From an uncultured Candidatus Saccharibacteria bacterium (GTDB taxonomy: Bacteria > Patescibacteriota > Saccharimonadia > Saccharimonadales > UBA10212): a stretch of 64,000 nucleotides of DNA. Below the pieces are notes generated by a model. The model had not been told where the DNA came from. It did not search any database and was given only the letters and a program-made list of their open reading frames with translations. Shown here piece by piece: positions 47,701-57,569 of the stretch. The stretch covers positions 6,234 through 70,233 of the forward strand of contig CAZMNA010000004.1 in assembly GCA_964567555.1 (NCBI GenBank), given 5' to 3'. Made by a program: the position numbers and the translations under genes. The stretch's first letter is position 1. Each line of letters opens with the position of its first letter.

Positions 47701-48581
47701 CTCGCGTAGAAGAAATTCTGGAAGTACGTACGCCCAAGGGCCAAGCGTATCTAACTGACATCTCGGGCAAAGTAAAGGTCTGGGAAGAGGGCGATACTTA
47801 CATGGTTCAAGTGACCGGTAAGGAGCAAGACCCCCTTACTATCCCGTTAAATGGCCGCGAATCTAGTCTAAGTGATGGCGATGAAATTGCTATTGGTGAT
47901 ACGGTTGCATCTGGCAACGCAGGCACAGAGGCAATTGTCGCAGCTATGGCCGGCAAGATTAAACTCACTGAAACGTCAGTCACTATCACACCGACTGCAA
48001 AGAGCGTAGTCCGTTATGAAATCCCCGGCTACAAGCAACTAACCGTAAAGGACGGCGATACCGCGGTGGCTGGTCAGCGTTTGACGAACGGTTCTATAAA
48101 CCTGCACGAGCTGATGCGCTTGCAGGGCGTAGAAGCAACTCAGCGCTACATCATGACAGAAGTACTTTACATCTTTGCTAGCCAAGGCCAGAACATAGCC
48201 GATAAGCATTTGGAAGTCATTGTCCGGCAAATGTTTAGCCGAGTCCAGATTGAAGATTCTGGTGACAGCGAGTTCATCACCGGCGATATCGTCAGCAAGC
48301 TGGCGGTAGAAGAAGTCAACGAGGAATTGACTAAGGGCGGCAAGCAACCTGCCCGCTATATCCAACTTTTACTTGGCATCACCAAGGCATCGCTTGCAAC
48401 TGATTCGTTCCTTTCGGCCGCTTCGTTCCAAGACACAACCAGAGTGCTGATTGCTGCAGCTACAAGCGGCAAAGTAGATCATTTATACGGTCTGAAGGAG
48501 AACGTTATCTTAGGCCGAAAGATTCCGGTCGGCACGGGTGCTCACAATAGAGGCGATGGGGCTGTTGAACCCAAAGGGTAA
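44775..48581 (+). CDS. rpoC: DNA-directed RNA polymerase beta' subunit
   Basis: ATGA overlap with rpoB. The catalytic NADFDGDQM motif is present along with ..[13 protein letters not shown].. Confidence 0.97.
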   Translation: MRNYTPGTNIADFDAVRLAIASPEDIMEWSYGEVTKPETINYRTQKPERDGLFCERIFGPVKDINPHDAKFKGVRSREAAVDKNGELVTRSIVRRERMGHINLASPVAHIWFLRGTPSAIGLVLGITVKNLERVSYFASYIVKSVDAEKRDKIWKDKQAENQVAEKAINARYEAEAAKEGADVKSIAEARTRELEELAQGFELYKSQVDSLDKYRLMSETDFRNLPDELAELATVGMGGSVIKELLEEVELKKLIKELNKEAEEAKGQRKKKIMKRLRLLESMERAGIKPSSMCVSVLPVIPPDLRPMVQLTGGRFATSDLNDLYRRVINRNNRLKKLIELNAPEVIKRNEQRMLQEAVDALIDNNSARSGRAVAATGQRRRLKSLSDMLKGKQGRFRQNLLGKRVDYSGRSVIVAGPELKMYQCGLPKTMALELFKPFVIGRLIDQELAHNIRSATRMIEMGEPSVWDALDEVIHNKYVLLNRAPSLHRLSIQAFQPVLIEGKAIQLHPLVCKGFNADFDGDQMAVHLPLSEASQTEAREIMASNKNLLKPADGSPILHVEQDIVLGCYYLTYVKPGTEKAEAKNFSGVDEVILALDRQKITMQTRVLAPFRGELRDTTAGRLLFNEILPEDFTFQNEAMTSKKLDKVMSKIYQKYGQDKTAEIADDLKDLGFRYATLSGLSIGMGDFTDIAVLPKVVSEGEKRATEISEQYSQGFITDDERYRLTVETWTDVDTAVEKALAEQFAKEDNTMSIAVASGARGNISQMKKSVGMLGMFADATGRAIELPVRSNYKYGLNPLEYFTATRGTRKSLIDIALRTADSGYLTRRLVDVAQDVFTLEEDVADPGFLTHREDAKLVGVNFSARLAGRYSADKLKNYVKSGELITPEIAQAIDEDVSVNSVRIMSVLSCTSSRGVSQKCYGIDLATGELVAAHHPIGVIAAQSIGEPGTQLSLDSKHRAGAVTAGDDVTQGLTRVEEILEVRTPKGQAYLTDISGKVKVWEEGDTYMVQVTGKEQDPLTIPLNGRESSLSDGDEIAIGDTVASGNAGTEAIVAAMAGKIKLTETSVTITPTAKSVVRYEIPGYKQLTVKDGDTAVAGQRLTNGSINLHELMRLQGVEATQRYIMTEVLYIFASQGQNIADKHLEVIVRQMFSRVQIEDSGDSEFITGDIVSKLAVEEVNEELTKGGKQPARYIQLLLGITKASLATDSFLSAASFQDTTRVLIAAATSGKVDHLYGLKENVILGRKIPVGTGAHNRGDGAVEPKG

Positions 48582-48603
48582 ATTTGTTAGGATTTAAAAC
48601 CGT

Positions 48604-49014
48604 ATGCCAACAGTAAATCAACTAGTCAGAAAACCGCGCAAATCGACCGGACACAAAAGTAAGAGTCCGGCACTTTTGCGAGTGACCAACAACCTGAAGA
48701 CCCGAAGCTACGAGAAGCCCGGCCCATTCAAGCGGGGAGTATGTATACGTGTTACTACCAAAACTCCTAAGAAACCAAACTCTGCCCTTCGAAAGGTAGC
48801 TCGTGTGCGCCTAACCAACGGTCATGAAGTTTGGGCTTACATTGGCGGCGAAGGCCACAACCTACAAGAGCACGCGGTTGTACTAGTGCGCGGTGGCCGC
48901 GTCAAAGACTTACCGGGCGTACGTTATCATATTGTTCGCGGTTCACTTGACTTGCAGGGTGTTCAAAATCGCAAGCAGGGTCGCTCTAAATACGGTGCAA
49001 AGAAGCCAAAATAG
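48604..49014 (+). CDS. rpsL: 30S ribosomal protein S12 (with ~13-aa insertion after ..SPAL)
   Basis: [10 protein letters not shown].., ..[17 protein letters not shown].., ..[15 protein letters not shown].. Confidence 0.95.
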   Translation: MPTVNQLVRKPRKSTGHKSKSPALLRVTNNLKTRSYEKPGPFKRGVCIRVTTKTPKKPNSALRKVARVRLTNGHEVWAYIGGEGHNLQEHAVVLVRGGRVKDLPGVRYHIVRGSLDLQGVQNRKQGRSKYGAKKPK

Positions 49015-49016
49015 CG

Positions 49017-49496
49017 ATGCCGCGTAAAGTTACTAAATCGTTGGTGAGACAGGTTCAACCCGATAGGCTATACAATAACGTGTTTGTGACAAAGCTCATC
49101 AACCGAGTAATGCTCGGCGGTAAAAAACAATTGGCCGAAAAAATAGTCTACGGCGGCATGCAAAAGGCTGCCGATAGGCTCAAGATTCAAAACCCTTTGG
49201 AGGTTTTTGAGCAAGCAATGAAAAATATCCAGCCTCACATGGAGACTCGGTCTCGCCGAGTCGGTGGCGCCAACTACCAGATTCCGTTTGAAGTCAGTGG
49301 GCAGCGCCAACAGCACCTCACGATTATGTGGTTTGTTGAGGCAGTTCGGGCTCGCTCCGGCATGCCAACAGATGAGCGAATTGCCGCAGAGCTAGTCGAG
49401 GCTTATAACAATGGTGGTGCAGCAGTAAAGAAAAAAGAAGACACCCACCGAATGGCCGAGGCCAATCGCGCCTTCGCCCACTTTGCCAGGAGCTAA
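49017..49496 (+). CDS. rpsG: 30S ribosomal protein S7
   Basis: ..GKKQLAEKIVY.., ..RRVGGANYQIP.., ..AHFARS C-terminus. Confidence 0.95.
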   Translation: MPRKVTKSLVRQVQPDRLYNNVFVTKLINRVMLGGKKQLAEKIVYGGMQKAADRLKIQNPLEVFEQAMKNIQPHMETRSRRVGGANYQIPFEVSGQRQQHLTIMWFVEAVRARSGMPTDERIAAELVEAYNNGGAAVKKKEDTHRMAEANRAFAHFARS

Positions 49497-49767
49497 GTTG
49501 GAACTGCTCAATAGGTGTAATAATTGTTCGGGTATATGCGACGACTTGTTCGAGGTCGCTGCTAGGGCTGAGCTTATATCAGCTAGAACAGTAGATGAAA
49601 ATGTTGCAAGGACTAGGGATGCCTTAGACTTAGCAGCAGACATGGTTACACGAAACAGGACTACATCCATTGACACATTACGCACAGTGGCGAACTGCAT
49701 GCTTACCGAACTAGAAATTGGTGAAAATATAACAAAGTTAAAGATGGAAGCAGAAAATGGCAGATAA
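49483..49767 (+). CDS. Uncertain: 94-codon ORF (TTG start) filling the 260-bp rpsG-fusA spacer; may instead be a structured RNA or leader
   Basis: The only starts are TTG (49483 or 49498); the first ATG is at codon 54. The ORF has atypical codons (AGG/AGA, ATA) and a CNNCSGIC cluster. The region also folds into a long-range helix (49555-49564 with 49631-49641) plus two internal hairpins. Confidence 0.3.
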   Translation: MPGAKLELLNRCNNCSGICDDLFEVAARAELISARTVDENVARTRDALDLAADMVTRNRTTSIDTLRTVANCMLTELEIGENITKLKMEAENGR

Positions 49768-51856
49768 AAAATACGAATTAAAAGACCTCCGAAACATTGG
49801 CATTATTGCCCATATTGATGCCGGTAAAACTACCACCACAGAAGGTATCCTGTATCGCACTGGCCTAAAGCATAAGATCGGCGCCGTGCACGAAGGCGAA
49901 ACGACAACCGACTGGATGGCTCAGGAAAAGGAACGTGGCATCACCATAACCGCTGCAGCCGTTACTGCTTTTTGGAAAGACCACAAGATTAACATCATTG
50001 ACACTCCTGGCCACATTGATTTCACGGTTGAGGTAGAAAGATCCTTGCGCGTGCTTGACGGTGCTGTGGTTGTCTTTGATGGCAAGATGGGCGTAGAGAG
50101 CCAGTCTGAAACAGTCTGGCGCCAAGCCGACAAGTACAATGTGCCGCGCATATGTTTTATTAACAAAATCAATCAAACGGGCGGGGATTTTTACAAGTCG
50201 CTTGACAGCATTCATCACCGTCTCAGTAAGCGTGCTTTACCAATCCACTTGCCCATCGGCTTTGAACAATCAGTTAACGGTGTTATAGATCTTCTTTCTA
50301 TGAAGGCTTACACGTACAGAGAGTTCACTGATCATGAACTGATTGAAACTGAAATTCCGGCCGATATGCTGGACAAAGCTAAACGCTACCGGTCGCTTCT
50401 TGTCGAAGCAGCCGTAGAGGCTGACGATGACACCATGATGAAGTACCTCGAGGAGGGCGAAGACTCGCTTTCTGATGAAGAAATCCGCACGGCAGTCCGC
50501 AAGGCCGTCTTGACTGGCAAATTTTATGCGGTTACAGGCGGTGATGGCCGTGGCGTGATCGTAGAAAAGCTACTTGACGCTGTGACTGATTTTTTGCCAT
50601 GTCCGCTTGACCGTGGTTCAGTTTGGGGAACCAACCCGAAAAATGGCGAGGAGATTGAAAGAAAACCTGATATAAATGATCCATTTGCCGCATTAGCCTT
50701 TAAGATTGCCACTGACCCATTTGTTGGTAAATTGGCATTTTTTAGGGTTTACTCAGGCAAAGTTACAGCAGGCAGCTATATATTAAACGGCTCTACAGGC
50801 GAGAGAGAGCGGGTTGGACGCATTGTTCGGCTTCACGCCGATAAGCGAGAAGACGTAACAGAGATTGAAGCTGGAGATATCGCTGCTATCGTCGGCCTGA
50901 AGGGCACGACTACCGGTAATACTCTTTGTGACGTCAGTAATCCGATATTGCTTGAAAGTATTAAATTCCCAGAACCGCCAGTGTCAATTGCAATCGAGCC
51001 TAAGACTAAGGCTGATCAGGAGAAGATGAGCATAGCATTGCAGCGCCTGGCCGAAGAAGACCCGACTTTCAGGATCCGCGTGGACCACGAGACCGGACAG
51101 ACAATTATTTCCGGCATGGGCGAGTTGCACCTTGAAATTATTGTTGACCGTATGAAACGCGAGTTTACTGTGGAGGCCACGATCGGAGAACCACAGGTTG
51201 CCTACCGTGAAACTATTCGCAAGGACGGTGTCGAGCAGGAAGGTAAATTCATAAGGCAATCCGGCGGCCGCGGTCAGTACGGCCATGTATGGCTTAGGCT
51301 TTCCCAGAACGAAGCAGGCAAGGGCTTTGAATTTAAAAATTCTATTAAGGGCGGTTCTGTACCAGCCGAATACATACCAGCCGTTCAGGCCGGGATTGAG
51401 GAAGCCATGAGCAACGGTGTGATTGCTGGCTACCCGGTAGTTGACATACGTGCGGAACTTTACGATGGTTCTTTTCACGAAGTTGACTCTTCTGAAATGG
51501 CATTTAAAATTGCCGGCAGTATGGCTTTCCAGGAGGGTGTCAAAAAAGCCAACCCCGTACTAATGGAACCTATTATGAAGGTGGTTGTAGTTACTCCCGA
51601 AGAGTTTATGGGAGACGTAATCGGCGATTTAAACGGCAAGCGGGGGCGCGTGGAGGCCATGGAAGACCTGAACCCAGGCATCAAAGAAATCACCGCCTTT
51701 GTGCCGCTTGGCGAAATGTTTGGCTACACCACAAACCTGCGGAGCATGACTCAAGGCCGAGCAGCTTCGTCTATGGAGTTAGATCACTACGCGGACATGC
51801 CCGCAAGCGTGGCCCAGCAAATCATTGCTAAGTCGGGCAAGACAGACTCTAAATAA
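49757..51856 (+). CDS. fusA: Elongation factor G
   Basis: ..[17 protein letters not shown].., ..DTPGHIDF.., with domains II-V present. Confidence 0.97.
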   Translation: MADKKYELKDLRNIGIIAHIDAGKTTTTEGILYRTGLKHKIGAVHEGETTTDWMAQEKERGITITAAAVTAFWKDHKINIIDTPGHIDFTVEVERSLRVLDGAVVVFDGKMGVESQSETVWRQADKYNVPRICFINKINQTGGDFYKSLDSIHHRLSKRALPIHLPIGFEQSVNGVIDLLSMKAYTYREFTDHELIETEIPADMLDKAKRYRSLLVEAAVEADDDTMMKYLEEGEDSLSDEEIRTAVRKAVLTGKFYAVTGGDGRGVIVEKLLDAVTDFLPCPLDRGSVWGTNPKNGEEIERKPDINDPFAALAFKIATDPFVGKLAFFRVYSGKVTAGSYILNGSTGERERVGRIVRLHADKREDVTEIEAGDIAAIVGLKGTTTGNTLCDVSNPILLESIKFPEPPVSIAIEPKTKADQEKMSIALQRLAEEDPTFRIRVDHETGQTIISGMGELHLEIIVDRMKREFTVEATIGEPQVAYRETIRKDGVEQEGKFIRQSGGRGQYGHVWLRLSQNEAGKGFEFKNSIKGGSVPAEYIPAVQAGIEEAMSNGVIAGYPVVDIRAELYDGSFHEVDSSEMAFKIAGSMAFQEGVKKANPVLMEPIMKVVVVTPEEFMGDVIGDLNGKRGRVEAMEDLNPGIKEITAFVPLGEMFGYTTNLRSMTQGRAASSMELDHYADMPASVAQQIIAKSGKTDSK

Positions 51857-51873
51857 GCTACTGCCTATAACCC

Positions 51874-51902
51874 TTTACAAAAGCAGCTAGTTTATCTATA
51901 AT
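51874..51902 (+). promoter_or_regulatory. Internal promoter for tuf
   Basis: TTTACA (51874-51879), a 17-nt spacer, then TATAAT (51897-51902). AAGGAG lies 10 nt before ATG 51986. Confidence 0.55.
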
Positions 51903-51985
51903 CACGGGTATAAGCTCACGTGGTGGCTATTGCTGTCACACGCGATTTTTTAGAAGTTAAGTTCGACTTAAGGAGACCAATCTAA

Positions 51986-53167
51986 ATGGCAGATTTTGAT
52001 CGCTCAAAGCCTCACGTAAACGTTGGCACTATGGGTCATGTTGACCACGGAAAAACAACTCTAACCGCAGCTATTACCTCAGTTTTAGCCAAGAAGTTAC
52101 CTTCCGATATTAATAAACCGGTCGCCTACGACCAGATCGACAATGCACCCGAAGAAAAACAGCGTGGTATTACTATTGCTACCTCTCACCAGGAGTATGA
52201 ATCTGAAAAGCGTCATTACGCGCACGTTGATATGCCTGGTCATGCCGACTACGTTAAGAATATGATCACCGGTGCCGCTCAGATAGACGGGGCCATATTG
52301 GTTGTATCTGCCGCTGATGGTCCAATGCCTCAAACCCGCGAGCACGTGCTTCTGGCCCGCCAGGTTGGTGTTCCTAAAATTTTAGTTTTTCTAAACAAGA
52401 TGGATCTGGCCGACGCAGAGTTGGTAGAGCTGGTTGAAGAAGATGTCCGCGATCTGCTCGCAAAATATGAATTTGACCGTGACTGCCCAATCATCAAGGG
52501 TAGCGCTACCAAAGCTCTAGAGGGCGACGGGCCTAACGAAGACGCTATCATGGAATTGGTCAAGGCTATGGATGACTACATCCCCGAGCCAGTCCGAGAC
52601 TTAGACAAGCCTTTCCTGATGCCTATTGAAGACGTCTTTTCGATTAAAGGTCGTGGCACCGTTGCCACCGGCCGTATTGAAACCGGAGTAGTGAAGATTA
52701 ACGAAGAAGTCGAAATCGTAGGTATTCGTCCAACCAAAAAGACAGTTGTAACTGGTATTGAGGCTTTCAAGAAAAATCTTGACCAAGGCCAGGCCGGCGA
52801 TAATGCGGGCGTCTTACTGCGTGGTATTGAGCGCGAGGACATCGAGCGGGGTCAAGTTCTAGCTAAGCCTGGGACCATAACACCTCACACCGAATTTGAC
52901 TCCGAAGTTTACATCCTAACCAAAGAAGAAGGCGGCCGACACACACCTTTCTTTAAAGGCTACAAACCCCAGTTTTACTTCCGCACCACAGATGTTACCG
53001 GTGAAGTTGAACTGCCAGCCGACAAAGAAATGGTCATGCCAGGCGATACTATCTCCTTCAAGGTTAAATTATTGGCGCCAATTGCGATGGATCAGGGCTT
53101 GCGCTTCGCTATTCGTGAAGGCGGCCGAACCGTCGGCGCCGGCGTCGTCACCAAAGTCACCAAATAA
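51986..53167 (+). CDS. tuf: Elongation factor Tu
   Basis: ..[13 protein letters not shown].., ..DMPGHADY.., ..NKMD.. Confidence 0.98.
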   Translation: MADFDRSKPHVNVGTMGHVDHGKTTLTAAITSVLAKKLPSDINKPVAYDQIDNAPEEKQRGITIATSHQEYESEKRHYAHVDMPGHADYVKNMITGAAQIDGAILVVSAADGPMPQTREHVLLARQVGVPKILVFLNKMDLADAELVELVEEDVRDLLAKYEFDRDCPIIKGSATKALEGDGPNEDAIMELVKAMDDYIPEPVRDLDKPFLMPIEDVFSIKGRGTVATGRIETGVVKINEEVEIVGIRPTKKTVVTGIEAFKKNLDQGQAGDNAGVLLRGIEREDIERGQVLAKPGTITPHTEFDSEVYILTKEEGGRHTPFFKGYKPQFYFRTTDVTGEVELPADKEMVMPGDTISFKVKLLAPIAMDQGLRFAIREGGRTVGAGVVTKVTK

Positions 53168-53499
53168 TGACAGCAGACACTAAAGAGCCGGAAGTAAAAC
53201 AGAGGATACGGATACGCCTCAAAGCCTATGACCACAAAGTCATAGATCAAAGCTCAAAGCAAATAGTAGATACTGCCCTAAGAACAGGCGCTAAAATTTC
53301 CGGCCCTATTCCATTGCCAACCAAAAAGAGTACCTTTACTGTCATTAAAAGCCCGCATGTCTACAAAAAGGGCCGTGAGCAGTTTGAAATGCGTGTCCAC
53401 AAGCGCTTAATTGATATATCTGACCCCACGCCCAAAACTATAGATTCACTTATGAACCTGTCTTTGCCCGCCGGCTGTGACGCCGAAATCAAGATGTAG
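53167..53499 (+). CDS. rpsJ: 30S ribosomal protein S10
   Basis: ..[16 protein letters not shown].., ..[23 protein letters not shown].. The start overlaps the tuf stop (TAATG). Confidence 0.95.
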   Translation: MTADTKEPEVKQRIRIRLKAYDHKVIDQSSKQIVDTALRTGAKISGPIPLPTKKSTFTVIKSPHVYKKGREQFEMRVHKRLIDISDPTPKTIDSLMNLSLPAGCDAEIKM

Positions 53500-53514
53500 C
53501 CCCAGGCTACAGCG

Positions 53515-54261
53515 CTAGTTACTCAGTATGAATGTCGATCTAGAAAGGCGTTTTTTGCGTGCTTTTTGAGCCATCTCTAAATCACGTCTCATACTGTCCT
53601 TTACCCGGGCCGTTAGGGCTCTAATTTCTGGAGTTAGGGCTCTAAGATCGCCGCGGCTATTCATATCAAATCCCTCCACCTTATCCACCGGAATTTCTTC
53701 ACCGTAGACAATATCTATGTGGTGTCGTTCCCGCGTCCCTGCAATCCCAGCTGTGGTTATAGGCAGGCCATAAGCTAAAGCCATGGTCGCTGGGCCGCTT
53801 TTTACTTCATCTCCCACAACGTACGGATCGTGGCTATATCTGGATTCTTGGGCAAAGTTCACAATCGCACAGCCGGATTTTACTAGTTGGTCAAGCTTGT
53901 GTAAGAATTTAACTTGCTCGCTTAGAGGCCGGCTTTTTTCTATATATGTCATTCCCGCAGGCACTAAAACTGCATTTGCTAGTTTACTGAGCCGATTCGT
54001 CTCACCCAACTGGCTTTTTGCCAAAAAATGCAGGTATCGCTTTGCTTCCCAGGCAGTCACGCCCAAAGCTGAAACATCAAGCCAGTCCTCGTGGTTTGGG
54101 ACCACAAGATGCGGACCGTCAGCTGCTAGCGCTTCTACGTTGTCAGACTCAACTCCACCGCGAAACTTAAAGAAACCTTTGCTCATCAAGCGGAATAGGT
54201 GATAGAGCACCACGTCCGGAGGTGCACTTGAATCGTTACTGGTATATAGACGCTCGAACAT
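53515..54261 (-). CDS. PlsC-family (lysophospholipid/1-acyl-sn-glycerol-3-phosphate) acyltransferase
   Basis: HX4D motif in ..[12 protein letters not shown].. and ..FAQESRY.. (the EGTR-like position is degenerate). 248 aa. Confidence 0.65.
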   Translation of the reverse strand: MFERLYTSNDSSAPPDVVLYHLFRLMSKGFFKFRGGVESDNVEALAADGPHLVVPNHEDWLDVSALGVTAWEAKRYLHFLAKSQLGETNRLSKLANAVLVPAGMTYIEKSRPLSEQVKFLHKLDQLVKSGCAIVNFAQESRYSHDPYVVGDEVKSGPATMALAYGLPITTAGIAGTRERHHIDIVYGEEIPVDKVEGFDMNSRGDLRALTPEIRALTARVKDSMRRDLEMAQKARKKRLSRSTFILSN

Positions 54262-54320
54262 CAGTTAATTCATAACATAAGATAAGCGTTTTGTCTAGTT
54301 GTAGTGTAATAATCAACAGA

Positions 54321-54348
54321 TTGACAGGTGTTTACCTCTTGTGATAAT
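54321..54348 (+). promoter_or_regulatory. Promoter for the rplC-led ribosomal protein operon
   Basis: TTGACA (54321-54326), a 16-nt spacer, then TGtGATAAT (GATAAT at 54343-54348). Confidence 0.6.
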
Positions 54349-54373
54349 CTGTTCAGAGTAAAACGAACCTAAA

Positions 54374-54440
54374 ACTTGGTCTTTAGAGGTAAGTCTGCTT
54401 CAAAAACAGAGGTAGAAACTGCCAAAGACCAAGTATTTTT
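54374..54440 (+). promoter_or_regulatory. Leader hairpin + U-tract upstream of rplC (candidate attenuator / r-protein binding site)
   Basis: ACUUGGUCUUU (54374-54384) pairs perfectly with AAAGACCAAGU (54424-54434). The 11-bp stem encloses 39 nt and is followed by AUUUUU (54435-54440). Confidence 0.45.
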
Positions 54441-54482
54441 AAGGCCTTTTGTTTTATTAACCAATCCTAAAAAGGAGCCAAC

Positions 54483-55094
54483 GTGAAGGCACTCATAACC
54501 AAAAAAGTGGGTATGGCTAGCGTCATAGATGAGAATGGCGCGGTTATTGGCGTTACCCTTCTTTCGGCTTCTCCCAATATTGTTACAAATATAAAAACCA
54601 TTGAACAGCACGGTTATGAAGCTTTTGCGCTGGGCTACGGTGAGAATGAGAAAGCCGGGAAGACCCTCAAGAACCAATACAAGGCAGCTGGCGTTACCCC
54701 AAAGATTATTAGTGAGTTCCGCACAGACGAGGCGGATGCAGAGCTTAAAGTCGGCGATAAGATTAGCGCCGACGTTTTTAATGTTGGCGACAAGGTTGAT
54801 GTGACTGGTCTGAGCAAAGGCAAAGGATTTGCTGGCACTATTAAGCGTCACAACTTCAAGCTTGGCCGTAAGACCCACGGTGGCATGAGCTATCGCCGTC
54901 CCGGCTCTATCGGCTCAATGTATCCGCAGCATATTCTCAAAGGCAAAAAAATGGCTGGTCAAATGGGCGTCAAGCGCATTACCACGAAACGTTTAAAGGT
55001 AGCCCTAGTTGATATAGAGAGTAACGTTATCGGGGTTGTTGGCGCGGTGCCCGGGCCTCGTAAGGGTGCTGTTCTCATTAGAGAGGCTAAATAG
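54483..55094 (+). CDS. rplC: 50S ribosomal protein L3
   Basis: GTG start 5 nt after AAGGAG; ..KGKGFAGTIKRHNF.. motif. Confidence 0.95.
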   Translation: MKALITKKVGMASVIDENGAVIGVTLLSASPNIVTNIKTIEQHGYEAFALGYGENEKAGKTLKNQYKAAGVTPKIISEFRTDEADAELKVGDKISADVFNVGDKVDVTGLSKGKGFAGTIKRHNFKLGRKTHGGMSYRRPGSIGSMYPQHILKGKKMAGQMGVKRITTKRLKVALVDIESNVIGVVGAVPGPRKGAVLIREAK

Positions 55095-55735
55095 TGGCTG
55101 TAGCAACCTATAGTAAGTCGGGCGCAAAGTCTCAAACCCCTGCCAAGCTGCCAGCGAACGTATTTGGAGAAAAAGATGTCAATCACCAACTACTAAAAGA
55201 CGCATACTTGGCGTATTCGGCAAATGGCCGGGCCAATTTGGCGGTTACAAAAAAGCGCGGCGAAGTTAGTGGTGGCGGCCGCAAGCCGTGGCGTCAAAAA
55301 GGAACTGGCCGAGCCCGCTTCGGGTCCAGCCGTAATCCCATCTGGACGGGTGGCGGTGTGGCGTTTGGGCCATCAGGTAATGAGAACTACTCCCGTAAGC
55401 TCAATGTTAAAGCTAAGAGAACTGCCTTACGTCATGCTTTAAGCTTGGCTGCCGCTGAAGATCGAATTAAGATTATCGAAACTTTTGCTTGTCCAGAGGG
55501 AAAAATTAAGCCAACGCTCGATTTATTAAACAAGATTGACGCCAAGGGTAAAACATTAATTGTTGTGTCAATCAAGGACGACCTAGTTGACCGAGCTACC
55601 CGAAATATTACAAACGTTAGGGCGACTCAAGCTAACTTCTTGAATGTTCCAGCTGTTTTGGACGCCGACACTGTCGTTATAAGCAAAAAATCCATTGACG
55701 TTATCCAGCAGTGGCTCGGAGGCAATCGTGAGTAA
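55094..55735 (+). CDS. rplD: 50S ribosomal protein L4
   Basis: GTG start overlapping the rplC stop; ..GGGRKPWRQKGTGRAR.. Confidence 0.95.
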   Translation: MAVATYSKSGAKSQTPAKLPANVFGEKDVNHQLLKDAYLAYSANGRANLAVTKKRGEVSGGGRKPWRQKGTGRARFGSSRNPIWTGGGVAFGPSGNENYSRKLNVKAKRTALRHALSLAAAEDRIKIIETFACPEGKIKPTLDLLNKIDAKGKTLIVVSIKDDLVDRATRNITNVRATQANFLNVPAVLDADTVVISKKSIDVIQQWLGGNRE

Positions 55736-56060
55736 GCTTCTAGCTTTAAAACCGCGCATCAGCGAGAAAGCCTACGCCCTAAGTGAAGCGTCTGGAACTT
55801 ATGTCTTTGATGTGTCAAGATCCGCCAACAAACATACTGTGGCACAAGCTGTAGCCGAGCAGTATTCAGTCAAGGTCGCCAGTGTCCGCCTAGCCAATGT
55901 TGCCGGCAAGGCAATCAGGTTAGTCCGTCGGCGCGGCCGGTCACAAGATGCCAAGCGCTCCGACATCAGAAAAGCTTATGTAACTTTGATAAAAGGTGAA
56001 AAAATGCCGCTGTTTGCTGCTACAGAAAATGAAAAGGCAGCAAAAAAGGAGACTAAGTAA
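55728..56060 (+). CDS. rplW: 50S ribosomal protein L23
   Basis: GTG 55728 lies 6 nt after GGAGG and is in frame with the track ORF starting at 55695. ..ISEKAY.., ..YVFDVSRSANKHTV.. Confidence 0.9.
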   Translation: MSKLLALKPRISEKAYALSEASGTYVFDVSRSANKHTVAQAVAEQYSVKVASVRLANVAGKAIRLVRRRGRSQDAKRSDIRKAYVTLIKGEKMPLFAATENEKAAKKETK

Positions 56061-56896
56061 TGGCTGTTAAGACATATAAGCCAACAACAGCTGGCAGGCG
56101 GGGCATGTCAACCCAGGATTTTGATAGCATAACCTCTAAAAAACCTTTGCGCAGCCTTCTGGCTCCGAAAAAAGGTCCAGTAGGCCGTAATAATCAAGGC
56201 CGCATTACCACCCGCCACAAGGGCGGTGGAGCTAAGCAGCATTACCGGATTGTTAATTTTAAGTTGCCGGCTGGCACCAATGCCGCTGTTGAACATATTG
56301 AGTACGACCCAAACCGTAGCGCCCGAATTGCGCGTATTAAAGATCAAGAGGGCAAATATCACTATGTTTTAGCGGTACGTGGCATGAAGCCCGGCAAAAA
56401 ATTCATTGTATCTGACGAAGCTTCTATTGAGTCGGGCAACCGTTTGCCGCTAGCTAGTATACCGGCCGGCACCACCGTCCACTCACTTGAGCTACAGCCA
56501 GGACGTGGCGCTCAAATTGTGCGTAGCGCTGGTACAGGCGCTCAGCTGGTAGCTAAGGAAGATGATTACGCCCAAGTCCGTCTGCCAAGTGGTGAAGTCA
56601 GGCTATTTAAAGTCGATTGTATGGCAACCATTGGTACGGTCGGCAACGAACAGCACCAGAATATTAAAATTGGCAAAGCTGGCCGTAAACGACACATGGG
56701 TATCCGCCCGACCGTCCGTGGTGTTGTGATGGCTGCAGCCGACCACCCCCACGGTGGTGGTGATGGTGGACGTCATGGTACCGCTAAAGCCCCACGTACT
56801 CCCTGGGGTCAAAAAACCCTGGGTTATAAGACTCGCCGCCGCAAATCTACAACTAAGCTTATAGTCAGAAGCCGCCACCAAGGGAAGAGGAAATAA
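56060..56896 (+). CDS. rplB: 50S ribosomal protein L2
   Basis: [14 protein letters not shown].., ..HPHGGGDG.. Confidence 0.97.
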   Translation: MAVKTYKPTTAGRRGMSTQDFDSITSKKPLRSLLAPKKGPVGRNNQGRITTRHKGGGAKQHYRIVNFKLPAGTNAAVEHIEYDPNRSARIARIKDQEGKYHYVLAVRGMKPGKKFIVSDEASIESGNRLPLASIPAGTTVHSLELQPGRGAQIVRSAGTGAQLVAKEDDYAQVRLPSGEVRLFKVDCMATIGTVGNEQHQNIKIGKAGRKRHMGIRPTVRGVVMAAADHPHGGGDGGRHGTAKAPRTPWGQKTLGYKTRRRKSTTKLIVRSRHQGKRK

Positions 56897-57183
56897 TGTC
56901 TAGAAGCTTAAAAAAAGGGCCTTTCGTAGATCCTAAACTGGCCAAGAAGGTTGGTGCACTAGGACCGGAAGACCGCACAGTCATCAAGACGTGGGCGAGG
57001 GCAAGCTCCATTGCACCAGAGTTTGTTGGCAGGACTATAGCCGTCCATAACGGTAAGGTGCACGTGCCAGTCTTCGTTACCGAGAACATGGTCGGTCATA
57101 AGCTTGGTGAATTCGCACCAACTAGAAAATTCCGTGGGCACGGTGGTAAGTTAGCGAAAAGCCAGGGCAGTACAGGAGCTTAA
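56896..57183 (+). CDS. rpsS: 30S ribosomal protein S19
   Basis: [12 protein letters not shown].., ..[10 protein letters not shown].. Confidence 0.95.
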   Translation: MSRSLKKGPFVDPKLAKKVGALGPEDRTVIKTWARASSIAPEFVGRTIAVHNGKVHVPVFVTENMVGHKLGEFAPTRKFRGHGGKLAKSQGSTGA

Positions 57184-57185
57184 GT

Positions 57186-57569
57186 ATGCCAGCCATAGCC
57201 ACAGCCAAAAGTGTACGTGTTAGCCCGCAAAAGCTAACTTTGGTAGCTGCTTTAGTACGCGGCCGGAGCGTAACCGATGCTCTAGTCATCCTTGAACATA
57301 CGCCCAGACGGGGCGCAAAGTACGTCATGGAAACCATTAAGAGCGCCCAAGCCAACGCCGAGCATAACCACGGTTATAAGCCGGGCACACTGGACATATC
57401 CGAAATATCGGTTACTCCTGGACCGCGTCTTAAAAGATGGCGGCCGGTTTGGCGGGGTATGGCACACCCCTATCAGCATAAGACCAGCCACATTCGCGTC
57501 GTGGTTGACGGCCAAAAGCGTGAAGTCAAAAAGCCGGCAGCCAAAGCCGCTAAAGAGGAGTCCAAGTAA
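57186..57569 (+). CDS. rplV: 50S ribosomal protein L22
   Basis: ..RVSPQKLTLVAALVRG.., ..KRWRP.. Confidence 0.95.
   Translation: MPAIATAKSVRVSPQKLTLVAALVRGRSVTDALVILEHTPRRGAKYVMETIKSAQANAEHNHGYKPGTLDISEISVTPGPRLKRWRPVWRGMAHPYQHKTSHIRVVVDGQKREVKKPAAKAAKEESK

Noticed and set aside
49392-49700. 102-aa minus-strand ORF across the rpsG 3' end and the rpsG-fusA spacer
   Set aside because: It overlaps the rpsG coding sequence in antisense and has no start context or motifs. It is noted only because both strands being open adds to the ambiguity of this spacer.
49735-49756. GGAAGCAG just upstream of fusA recalls the SRP (4.5S) RNA domain IV sequence
   Set aside because: The flanking conserved SRP nucleotides and the symmetric-loop helix are absent. 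The element more probably serves as a weak SD for fusA.
50984-51478. 164-aa minus-strand ORF inside fusA. Similar cases are 45287-45727 (-) in rpoC, 25022-25453 (-) in clpC and 53783-54202 (+) opposite the acyltransferase.
   Set aside because: All are antisense shadows of long, highly conserved genes, and none shows independent start signals or motifs.
53496-53510. Small hairpin GUAGCC-cca-GGCUAC between the convergent rpsJ and acyltransferase genes, considered as a bidirectional terminator
   Set aside because: The stem is 6 bp with a 3-nt loop and there is no U- or A-tract on either side. This is too weak to call.
54369-54878. 169-aa ORF on the minus strand overlapping the rplC leader and the 5' half of rplC
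   Set aside because: It is fully antisense to a strongly supported L3 gene. It has no recognisable motif and its composition is typical of a shadow ORF.
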